This document shows positions 35,782 through 46,916 of a DNA stretch of 64,000 nt, piece by piece. Below the pieces are notes generated by a model, which was given only the letters and a program-made list of their open reading frames with translations, was not told where the DNA came from and ran no database searches. The stretch's first letter is position 1. Each line of letters begins with the position of its first letter. A program made the translations under genes and the position numbers. The stretch comes from Botryllus schlosseri. Its lineage: Eukaryota. The DNA is taken from assembly GCA_051294905.1 (NCBI GenBank), contig CM119373.1:34658001-34722000 (forward strand). Direction: 5' to 3'.

Positions 35782-36467
35782 TTTTAGGGGGAGGGGCTTA
35801 TCGCTATGCTGTTGGCTTTTGAGGGAACAATTATTTCCGCATTGCATCATTTTCTTGCTATGTAACGGAAAAAAGTGTAATTTTGAATGTCCGTGAAATG
35901 GCAAAGTAACAAATTTGACAGCTCTGCAGGAACTAGGTTATACAACGGAACCTTTCGAGTATCTCATACCCTACTAATTCAACAAAAATTATAAATGCAC
36001 CTTTTTACTGCAACTTTTGTCAAATTAAGTGCAACTTTCTCGCGATTTTAGTGCAACAAAAACTTGCCCTACTGATCACTTTCACTGCATGCACTCAATT
36101 TTGCATCGTTGAATGACTTCGTGTGTTTGATGTAATATCGGGTTACCTAACTCGTAATGGTGTTGGATCATTCGCCTATGAGACCCAAGTTTCGAGTTAT
36201 GCCGTATCGTGTTTTTGGAGTAGATGAGTCATATTATCAATATGATATTAATTAGCAGTCGATTCGCGGATATCTGGATATCCTATTACGGCTGTGTTTA
36301 TGTCCAAATGAGAATGTTCAATAGAAATTGGAAACCATGCTTTAATAATCACGAGCCTTTTGGCCTCATTCGTTTTGTACAGTGGTTTTAGGATAAATAT
36401 CAAATTAATTTAGGACGAAACTGATTGTCATAATCACCCGCTATTGAATCTTTACCATCGAGGTACC

Positions 36468-37655
36468 ATGGATCAAGAAATTCCAAATCGTGAAATACAA
36501 TCATACTCGAATCATCACACTTTTGCTGAAAGTGGCAGGGTGGAAAGCTTTGAATGCGGTATCTGCTGCAAAATATATCTAAGTAGGAAGGGATTGCAGA
36601 GGCACGTGTCCTTACACCAAAGAAAGTTTGTATGTGACTTTTGCGGGCTTGCCTCACCATCAAATTATCACCTGAAACGTCACATGCTCATCCACGGGGA
36701 CATGAAAGAGTTTGAATGTGATGTATGTGGAAAGTCGTTCACTCTGAAGTATAATTTGACTAATCACATGTCTATACACAACGATACCAAGGACTTCTTT
36801 TGTGATGTTTGCGGCAAGATGTATTCTACTAAGAGAGGTTTGCAGAGGCATGTCTACGGACACAAACGAAAGTTTTCCTGTGACTTTTGCGGTCTTGCTT
36901 TCCCACACAAATCTACCTTGAAGCGCCACGTGCTCATTCACGTCACCGTAAAGGAGTTAGAATGCGATGTCTGTGGAAAAGCGTTCACCCTAAAAGCTAG
37001 TTTGACCAAGCATATGCGTGTTCACACCGGCACCAATGACTTCTTGTGCGATGTTTGCGGTAAACTGTTTCCTTCGAAACAGAATCTGTATAGACACATT
37101 AACTGTCACTACGGTTTCAAAAACTATGCGTGTGAGATTTGCGGCATGGCAGTTACCTCGAGACCTGTTCTGTACGCGCATATGAAAAGGATTCATATGC
37201 CTAAGACGTCTACCGAGAATCACGCATGTCCCGTATGCGGTCTGTGTCTTGCAAATAAAAACATCTTGCAAGAGCACCGTCTAGTGCACACGAATGAAAG
37301 AAAGTTTCAATGTGAGATATGTGGAAAGGCATTTTTGAAAAAATGTCACGTGCGAGCACACATGAAAGTGCATTTCAACGAGAATTTCCTATGTCTATTA
37401 TGCGGATTAGAGGTTTCGAATCGCGATAACTTGCGAGCTCATTATCTCGTACACCGTAATGAAAGGGGATTTCAGTGTGAAGTATGCGGGAAGTTATTTC
37501 CGAGAAGATGTGACGTTCGACGACACGCGAAAAGGCATTTTGACGGGAATTTGGCATGCCCAGTATGCGGAGTAAGGGTTTTGAGTCGCAGTTCCTTGCG
37601 GAAACACCTTATCACGCATGCGAATGAAAAGAGGAAGTTTGAATGTGAAATCTGA
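36468..37655 (+). CDS. Tandem C2H2 zinc-finger protein, 395 aa, 13 complete fingers; d-class; 14th finger lost to a premature TGA
   Basis: gtaccATGG at 36468; acceptor AG at 36390-36391; ancestral in-frame stop at 37713-37715. Confidence 0.88.
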   Translation: MDQEIPNREIQSYSNHHTFAESGRVESFECGICCKIYLSRKGLQRHVSLHQRKFVCDFCGLASPSNYHLKRHMLIHGDMKEFECDVCGKSFTLKYNLTNHMSIHNDTKDFFCDVCGKMYSTKRGLQRHVYGHKRKFSCDFCGLAFPHKSTLKRHVLIHVTVKELECDVCGKAFTLKASLTKHMRVHTGTNDFLCDVCGKLFPSKQNLYRHINCHYGFKNYACEICGMAVTSRPVLYAHMKRIHMPKTSTENHACPVCGLCLANKNILQEHRLVHTNERKFQCEICGKAFLKKCHVRAHMKVHFNENFLCLLCGLEVSNRDNLRAHYLVHRNERGFQCEVCGKLFPRRCDVRRHAKRHFDGNLACPVCGVRVLSRSSLRKHLITHANEKRKFECEI

Positions 37656-38066
37656 GAAAAGTCATTCGTGAGAAAAGCGACTGTCTCTGAACATGTGAAG
37701 ATACCTTTAAAATAGTGTTACTCAAGCTGCGTTGTCAGTCTTGGTCACCGTCCAGTCACGCAGTGGAAAGTATATTGGAATATTTGAATCCGCGATCAAA
37801 CAAGGATAAAGATTACTTACGAGCATTCGAAAATTTATTTGATGCGTAGCAGAGTTGTCTCAAATCTAACCGGCAGAAGCGAAGTTACAAGGGCAGAATA
37901 TTTGGTGTTTGAAATGATATAAAGTGGGTGGTTCCAAAACAGGGACGGTTAACTTCTCCAGTCGGCGGGCCGGATATGGAAAAATGAAGTACCTGACGGG
38001 CCGGAGTCCTAGGTCGACACATTCATCGCGGAATTATCCATCCATACAAGGAATAAGTCGTATTTA

Positions 38067-38391
38067 TTGTTGTTGTTGTTGTTGTGTTGTTGTTGTTCTT
38101 GTTCGTGTTCGTGTTCTTGTTCTTGTTCGTGGCATTCATGGTGTTTGCCGACTACTATGGTCATTTACACAAGGCCAATTTTCTTTATTTTTACTCCGTA
38201 GCTGCCGACTTGTCGCACGACCCACTTCGAGACTTTTTATAAGACACTGCTTACACGGATGATATGGCGAGTAGGAGCCTAGATAAACCTCCAACACTTT
38301 GGTAGAAATTCTGGAGTCGACCTCGGTCGGACTCGAACCCGCAACCCCATTGGTGTTGCAGCTGTGAACTATACCACCACGCTATCTCACC
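38067..38391 (-). mobile_element. Full-length tRNA-derived SINE with an expanded AAC / hexamer tail
   Basis: Minus-strand A box TAGCGTGGTGGTA (38372-38384), B box GGGTTCGAGTCC (38329-38340); (TTG)n from 38067 on the plus strand. Confidence 0.85.
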
Positions 38392-38965
38392 ACAATAAAT
38401 CGTATTTAATGTCACCTTTAATTTTAAAGCATAGAGACCAAAAAGGGGGAAGCATGTGGTGCAGTTGATTAAGCCGTAATCGATCGCGACACCAATGGAA
38501 CTGGATTCAAACCCCAGTTCTGCCTTACTTCTGTGTGTCGAAGGTTTATCTGGGCTCCTTATCGTTAACCTCACTGCGATTGCAGGGTATGAAAATCCCA
38601 GAGTGTTTCGATACCAGCAGCGATTCGATAAATACTATGTTAGCTGTACTACTGTGTAACATCTACAATATACATACAGGATTAAATGGTACCATAATTC
38701 TTCAAATACAGTAGTAAGTTATGCACTTAATTTCGTCGTTTACTTTGGTGAGTGATTTCACTTTTGCTGCCAACATTTCTGTACTATTATGTTCTACAAG
38801 ACGGACACTTATACCAAAGTAAAAGCGACTATGAAGCTGACACAGCTTGTGTAGTTCATCGTCGATTGCTACTGCATAGTGCATGGATCGTTGGATCATC
38901 ATTATTTCACCATAATCACTGATCTTGTGTTATAACGAACTAAGTACCATTTATTGTGTCATAAC

Positions 38966-39778
38966 TAGGACGATTTTTTTACCTAAAAAACCGAAGATTT
39001 TGACCTAAATTTTTTTAATTTTGACCAAATTTGACCTAACGTATGGAAATTAGGTGTTTTCCAATATAATGATACAATTGTACTACTTATCTTCATTTCT
39101 GGTTGGAACTATCTGTACTGACGAAGTAGTTTGGCCTGAAAAAACTTCTTTGCCTAAAAACTGACAAATTTTTAAATGAAAAAACGTTATTTAACGAAAT
39201 CTTTTCCTATGAAGAATACCAGTAGAAATATTTGATTTTTTTTAGTACAAAGAAAGATACTTTCCTACATTCTCGGGTAGAAAGTGTCTCTCCTTACTAA
39301 GTGGCTTGCCAAGAATGGAGAAACAACGTTCAACAGCAGCAGTTATTGGCTGACAACACTGAAGTTGTGCCTACACTTCTGGTGATAAACCGTGTTGCTT
39401 CATTCTGGCAATGGTGTCTGCATCACAATTTTTCATCATGCGCTTCGTGATATAAGAACCATGCAATGCCCACGCAGTCTTGTTTCAGCTGGGATATTGC
39501 GGGGTACGTTGAACATAACACCATGTCAACCTATCTTGTTTCATTTGAATGTTTATGATTCACAATGAGCAGACAATGGGCCGTCTACAACGTCTACTAA
39601 AAAGTAGGCTACAAGTTGTCAAGGGATAAGTTCACCGATAGTGCAAAATCTACGATACAAACGAAATGCAGGCTGCAAAAAAGTGCTAAGTTTGTAAGTA
39701 AGTTTGACATTTTTTGACCCAACGTTACAATTTTGACCTCATTTTGACTTTTTTTGACATGTCAAAAAAATCGCCCCA
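38966..39778 (-). mobile_element. Internally deleted hAT element, same family as 34764-35557
   Basis: Ends TAGGACGATTTTTTT / AAAAAAATCGCCCCA; exact TSD GTCATAAC (38958-38965, 39779-39786). Confidence 0.92.
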
Positions 39779-41336
39779 GTCATAACCTAAAGATAGAAAT
39801 TGCGAACTTATGTCCTAATTAATAGGAGTTTTCCAAGTGCAATTCTTACTTTGGTTTTGTTCCCGAGCATTTTTGCAGAATAAAGCGGTTATCTGGTGTC
39901 CGAATTATGCGGATTCGACTTTGCTTCATATATAACAACCTCTGATCATACGCAACAGCCTTGCTTTGTTCTGCCTCGTGATTTAGCGTACTTATCTCTT
40001 TTAATGACTGACTGCTTCGCCACGGGGAGTGTTTTCATATCAGCCGCAAGTATGCTTTAATAAAGTCTCCGCTGCATTCGTTTTATAATCAGTTACATTG
40101 GGAGTTCTTTGACGTGTTATACAGAGGCGTAGACAGCAAGGTTCGTGTTAGAATTAGTGTGTAATTTTGAAAGACTTGTATATGTGTGTGTTCACAGCAA
40201 ACCTTCTTTGGTAGAAGTTTACCCGAACCTTTAGGGGTTCGTTTATATATCACATAGGCCTAGTTGGTTCGCACCAACCAAAGCCCTCGTAGTTATTTCA
40301 TTTAAGTAATTATAATTACCAATTGGAAAAATGATTTTTTTTAAATATATTCAAAATTGGATCTGCGGAGTCCTATACTGTTAGAAATGAACCAAATTTG
40401 GCGTGAAGCGTTTTTTAGTGTAACCCGAATGGCTGGAAACCGGAAAAATAAGTTATTTTTGAACAGCTCCAATGTAGGCCTACACTGAATGAAAAGTAAA
40501 AGAAGATAATATAAAAGACAAGAGACAAAATGAGGTGACGAAAGGCGAGATCGATTTGCCAGGTCGTGGTCCAGTAAACTTGAGGGCGCCTTCATATCTT
40601 TTCAATGTATCGCAGTCTGGAGGTGTTTTGAAAGGATGTAACTATTAAGAAACTGATGCTGCTACGGGTGGTCAAAATAGTCATCCTTGGCGCTGAGGAA
40701 ATATTTCTACTCCAGTAGGCTTAGGCTACAATAGTAGAAGCACAGGTTTTCATGTAAGTAAAAAACGCTTGTATTCTAGTTTGGCATAGCTTTGCCTATA
40801 AAACTGTAAGGTAGAAGTATAGTCTAAATCTAAACGCCACAGCGTGATACTAATTGCTTAATTTTAAATGAGCTTATGAGTATTGGAGATAGATTGGGGC
40901 TATATGCATTTCAGAAGGTCGTGGTTTATATGCCGAACCCCAACCTCCCCTGCGTAAATACCCACTGGACACGTCGTTGCATCACACCGTCACAATTCGA
41001 CTATTGAGCGGGCCTATTTGCTTGCAACCAATGATCGCCAAGATGGGCGTGCGACTACAAATCATATGTATGAGTTGGGTGTGTGTCTAATGTCTAGCCC
41101 TCCGCGGAACCCCTGATACTGCTGGCTCGTGTAACTCCTAGTGTTCCGTGGAACACCGGCTAAGAAACGCTGGGTTAGGGTTAGGTTTTGTGTTATGATA
41201 TGTAGGGGTTGATTTAGGGGTTGGGTGGGGGTTAGCGTATGTTTTGGGGTGGTGAAACCACATGTCAAAGTGACGCAACCTAAAGCGTCGCTTGCTGATC
41301 TGTGGTTTTTAATTGTGTCGCATGCTCACTAATATG

Positions 41337-41772
41337 TAGGGCTGCATTTAAAACAAAAATCAATTTAAAACAAACATGTTTAAAACAAAGTCCTTGTTTA
41401 AAAGGTGTTTTTATTGATTTTGTTTAAAGCCATGGCGTCACCAATATTCAATTGTGACGCCATAGTGGATGGACATTGACAATTGAAAATATAGGGAAAA
41501 TATAGCTCCTTTGACGAAATATCTGTACTTTTTATGTTGAACCGACTGTTTTGAGGGTTCCAACCATCCCATATCGATATACGTCTACCATATCGGCTGG
41601 TAATTGTCCGTAGGCTCATACAACATGTTTTTTTAAAAGTGTTTACGCAATTATGGCATAATTATACAACTTAAAAAACAAGACTTTTATCAAAAGCCTT
41701 AGTTAAAACGCTGTTTAAAACACGATGTAAACAAAGTGTTTTAAAACACCGTTTGTTTTAAATGCAACCCCA
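41337..41772 (-). mobile_element. Third copy of the YGGGGTTGCATTTAAAAC hAT MITE, inverted
   Basis: TAGGGCTGCATTTAAAAC ... GTTTTAAATGCAACCCCA; interior is the reverse complement of 3844-4323; TSD degraded. Confidence 0.8.
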
Positions 41773-44700
41773 CTCACATTTCGGGCAATCTCTGCTTCTA
41801 TGAGTGAAAATGCATTACCGACTGGACGAAATATCCCCTGCACCACTGAAACTGAATTTATTTTCAAGCACTGCACTTATTTGTAGTGCCAATAATAATT
41901 ATTTTGGGTATAGGTCTCCAAGATGCAACAAGCAATTTCAAAAATGGTCACCTCCAGCTGCCCCTATAATTTGTCATTTTTGACGAGTCTGCGCAAATTC
42001 ACCAAATCACTCCGCGATATTGGACAAGAGTGCGTAACAGGGCTTCCACGGCTGCGGAGTCCCCGTTTACCCGCATTTTTCCGGTAATGTGTGGTGTTGA
42101 CAACAAAACGGTCGTCACTTCGGCTCTACTCACGAATTACCCCACTTTCTTACGATAATATCTGGGGTCGACAATAAAAAGGTCACCACTTTTACACGAC
42201 TCCCGATTTCACCGAATTTTGCCAAACTCTGACGTTTGCTAAGACGAACTCGAGTTTTTTTTTATCGCATTTTAAGACATTTTCTACAAAAAGAGATGGT
42301 GTCGGTGTCGCTTCGTCTGATTACGAATTACTGATTACAAATTAGTGAAGTACATTTGTACATCTGAAATCGTCGTCAATTTGGTCTGATGATCATCAGT
42401 GCCTTCTGCGAAAGATATAGTGATAAGTTTTTTCGAACCACACGTGGCTTTATTTTATGCGTGGCACACGTTCTTCTGTTCGTGCACACTTTGCCAGCGG
42501 TGCGCAGATTAGAGTGAACATTGGTCACCTCCTGCTGAAAGTGTGCGACACCTAGACCAAATCTATACTTTTAAAACAACTTACTTGAGTAGCCCACTCA
42601 CTTTTAAGGCTTTTATTTTGTTTCTGTTTGCAGTAGTTTTGACGTGTCTTTAAAAGTGATTCTTCTACTTTCAACTGAGTAGAAATTTACGTCGGTAGCT
42701 CTAGCTACTTCTACACGAGTATAGCAACGCTGATTAATTTGATCACCTCTGCTGAAAAGTGATGCCTATAGCTAGCCTCCAACTATTTTGGATTCGATTG
42801 ATTTATAGCATAATAACAACGACGATACAAGGCATATTACATGTGTCTAACATCCGACAGCTCTATCGCATAACAATCGATCATATGTCAGCGCTGTCTG
42901 AACACGACTTCGTGGTTCTGATACGTTTCCAGATGATCGTTTTTAGCACAGAGATTGGGCAACATCGCCACTTTAAATCGTATGCTTTCGCGGTACGAAT
43001 GAGATTTCTGACAGGACTAAATACAGGGAAGTGTAGATATCTTTGAGACACACTCGTCGACGTACTTCAGCGATCACAGTGAATAGGATTGAATAGGAGT
43101 TGTGATATGATGTATGTTATTCAGTTTCGGAAATCGCTGCAACTACGATAGCCTATACCAAGGCTACTCAAATATTTTTAGCAGTAATCATTTTATATCA
43201 CATGAAATATTAATTTACAGTCATGCAAATGTAAAAGAGTATATTCACATTGAAATAAGCCCGTCTATTTTCGGCTGACATTCGTAATCGTCAGCAACTA
43301 TAGTAGAGAATTAGAAACAAGATAGTTTTATATCAACAATCGTATCACCAAATATGACATCACCAGCATGAAATTCGGTATGTAGCCCTAGATGTAAAAC
43401 GGTATAACTATATACAAAATCCGGTAAAGCGGTAGGCTTACTAGCAGCAAAAGCAACAAGTCAAATGTACTTATTGTTCTGTTAGTCACAGCTAGTGGTG
43501 AATTGGCATTTTAATTTCATGATAGTTCTTTAAATTTAAATCGTAGTTCCAATGTGGCGACAGTGAGTTGAAGATTTTCACTGGTCAGCAAGTGGCCAAG
43601 TCACACACAACACATGCCAACTCTATTCTTTATTAAGTTGCTATTTGAAAACGCTTACTCGCATCCATTATAAGTCCGGAGCTGAACAGAAAGAATAAAA
43701 ACGCTGCTCTTTGAAGAGATTTTTGTAGGCACAGAACCTCGATATAGCCTAGCCTACAATTGATTGAAATGAACCAGAATATTTTCGGCGGACGCTCGTC
43801 AAGGGTAACCGTCAGCAACTAGTAGAGAATTGGTAAGAGCATTGTATAACACTGCACCCTGTTCTTTTAAATCAACGTTAATGGATTTACCGAGTAAATA
43901 CTGAGGCAGATGAGCTCCAGAATTAGCATTTGCCAGTTTAGTAGCCTTGCTATTATATACTTGTGTAGTTTTCAAGGCCTATACTTAGTATTAATAGGTG
44001 TTCGCGTTGTGTCTGAATTTCTATTTGAAACTTAATGCGAGTGTTCGTTGTGAGCACCATTCGCGTCTCACTCGACTATGACCAGAGCATTGTTCTTTCT
44101 ATGTGTGTGCTACCCACCGTAATGCTTAGTAATTTGATGTCGTATAATATGAATATTTTTTAAAGTATATGTAACTTTGCTCTGGCCTCTCCTCATTCCA
44201 CGTACAAAACTTTCGCCTTTTACTAAAGTTTTCCGTGGGGAGGGGCGCTCAATGAGTCTTTGATATTTTTCCAACCCAGGTGCGCCTGGGTACCTTTCTC
44301 CTGATTGTTTGTATATGCAAGTGCTACATGTCTACCGCAGTAACTCCGCGTTCGGGGATTTACAAAACGCAACATACGTTTGAACGCATGGACTAAAACC
44401 ATACGCTGTATAAAGTACACCGGAAATGCGTTTATTATGCAAGCTCTTTAATTATGTACTGTTTGTAGGTAGCCCACACGAGTCGTATGCATAATGCAGA
44501 TTCAAAGTAAATCCAATATAGCAAAGTATGCCTCAAAATAAAAGTCACGGACCACGTACTTCGCCATATAGCAATGGCAACTAACAAGGTTCGAACTATG
44601 CAGTTCACTGAAGTTAAATATGTATATTAATTGGTGTAATATACTATTGTGAGGTTTACAAGTTACAGATAAGTTATTTTGATCGGTATGACCTTGGCGT

Positions 44701-46916
44701 GGTAAACTTTAATATTTGTTGATTCCAACTTCAGTGTTACTGTTTTCGTGTAGCATAGTTCAAACTTTTTCGGTTGCCATTGTTACACTACGAATTACAG
44801 GATCTGTGATTCTTTTGTAAATAAACCCTCACATACCTAACATTAACACATCAACCTTTAGTAGTCTGAGCAAACATTGTCACTCATTGCTTTCAATGTA
44901 GAAATAAAATTAATACGCCACAGAGTATATAGCTTAAACGTTTTGGTCGGCTAGTCACAATATCATCATCTGGTTCTGAAAATTAGTGGCCAACGTTGAG
45001 AATCGTCACACGACAGGACGAATCCGTAATTATGCAGTGCCTTTTAAATCACTGTTGCAACGCACTTTTTGCTAATCCAGGACAATAATTTTACCGATTA
45101 GCCAGTTCAGCGGTGCAGTTCTACCGCAAACGCGTAATCTTGAAATTCGATGATGTTTTTGCATTTAAAGTAGTTCAATTCATGCATCAATATTCTTCCA
45201 ATGACTTGCCTCCTGTATTTAACCATTTCTTTTTTCTTGCCTGAAGTGTGCACTCTCGAAAGACTAGATTTTTCTCCAGTGGTAAGATTTATATACAATT
45301 AAACATCCTCCCATCCAGAGTAGGAGAACAAAAATATTGTCAGCTTATTTTCTAATTAGATTAGAATTAGCAAGAGCTTGGACATTGAAATGCTTACCGA
45401 AATAGAGAGAGATATAACTAATAAGCACGAGACTGACAAATATATGGACACTTGGCTTGGTTGGAATTAGAACTACTGAATTTGCGACATCTTGGATATT
45501 GAATAAGTTCAGTTGATATCAAATCACATTCCATTCTTATATAAGCATGATAATGGCAAATGTCTGTACAGCAAGCTAGGCTCATTTGGCACTATACAAT
45601 GCATTTCTCCTGTAGAGAAAACAGCAATTACAGTAGAATTAAAATTAGAGTATAGAAAGATTTCACAATTTCGATTAGAATTAGATTAACGGCATTTCGC
45701 TGTGATTAGTCCAATTACACAACAGGAAACATCTAGTTGTACAAGTTTTCCCCCACCAGCAACCTAACAACTAAGTGGATCCATTATGCTGGTCCTGTTA
45801 TAAGGAACTACATACCAGCATCCATATACGGGACCTTCCCTAACACACTTTTTAAAAGAATTATTGCGACACCACTCCCCCTTTTACTGATCTCCTTATC
45901 CTAACCTAAATTTTAATATGTTGTGTGTTATGCCGGGATAAATTACGATATTCATCCCAACCAACCAAAACCGAATTTCTTAATAACATCTGTAATTGTT
46001 GAATGCAGGGTGTGATCAGACCATTTGATCCTACCCAGAGTCATATCGTCCTCACCGTTACGTTTCATTGGTAATATTTTCATACGATAACGTGATTTTT
46101 ATCGGTTGGACGACTGACTAAATATATAATATTTCTCGCGGTCATTTCACAGCACGTTTCTGAGCGGAATCGCGGTGGCCTTATGCCAAAACCGTGCGAT
46201 TGACCTCGATAATGATGAATAGGCAAAAGGCTGCGCTATTTACGTCCTGCATAAATGCAGTGCTTTCATCACTATATTATATACTTGACTCTAGAGTTGT
46301 ACTATTGGATCACCGGTGGGCAAATTCTCCGGCTGGCGGGCCTGATATGGGAAAATGTAGTACTTCGCGGGAGGAACTACAAAATCGATACATTAATCGC
46401 ATAGTTTGAAGAATAGATACAAAAAACAGTATTTAATGAATACATAAGCCTAAGGTACTGCAATAGCTGTTAAAGTCAATCAAACATCTGTGGTCGACCA
46501 AAGTTGCAAACAAGTTCTTTGAACTCTGGCTGCATACCGGATGTAGAAACCCTTAGTAAAGACTGCACGTGAACATCAGTCATATTGGAACTCAGCCTTG
46601 CCTTGTTTCCTCACAAATTAGATTTGAATTAGATTACCAGCAGTTCGTTTCAATTAGTATAATACTAATTAGACGGCCAGAATTATCTAACTTTCAAAAT
46701 CTGTTTCATGGCACGTTTATGGGATGAATCGCGACAGGTCAATGCCAAAATCGTGCGATCAGCCTCGCCAAGGATACACAACCGAAAGCCAGCGCTATTT
46801 TTGCGTACTTGTGTACACTGCACCACTTTCATTGACTGTATTACGTAGCCTACATGACACGATTTATGATATCATATCTGATTGTTAACTTTGCAGAATT
46901 CGGTATATAGTTGAAT

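Larger units (their letters stand above)
34049..36071. mobile_element. Non-autonomous hAT element, outer shell of a three-level nest
   Basis: Ends TAGGACAAGTTTTTG / CAAAAACTTGCCCTA; exact TSD CTGATCAC (34041-34048, 36072-36079); empty site in the paralog near 18230. Confidence 0.92.
945..36094 (+). promoter_or_regulatory. Recurrent upstream module ACTGCATGCAC followed by a TTGAAT(C/G)ACTT...GTGTTTGATGT-like block
   Basis: Exact 11-mers at 945, 2838, 3033, 6285, 8162, 10208, 10933, 13970, 16026, 25187, 27225, 30209 and 36084, plus variants (8362, 15831, 18241, 25377); none noticed outside the cluster. Confidence 0.55.
1186..36391 (+). promoter_or_regulatory. Conserved 3' splice acceptor (CTCAY branch point, pyrimidine tract, YAG) just upstream of each full-length ZNF start
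   Basis: AG ends at 1215, 3301, 4435, 6730, 8850, 11980, 14405, 16288, 18550, 23854, 25629, 27678, 32151 and 36391. Confidence 0.7.

Noticed and set aside
1183-37557. Many minus-strand and alternate-frame ORFs overlapping the ZNF genes (e.g. 1469-1921, 4648-5055, 36660-36941)
   Set aside because: Shadow ORFs produced by repetitive finger codons; they recur at homologous positions with inconsistent ends and resemble no protein family
1283-37715. CRISPR-like or prokaryotic array interpretation of the periodic repeats
   Set aside because: The periodicity is finger-coding repetition in eukaryotic genes; there is no repeat-spacer structure and no cas genes
37924-38262. ORF with poly-Cys and poly-Val runs
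   Set aside because: Translation of the SINE microsatellite tail
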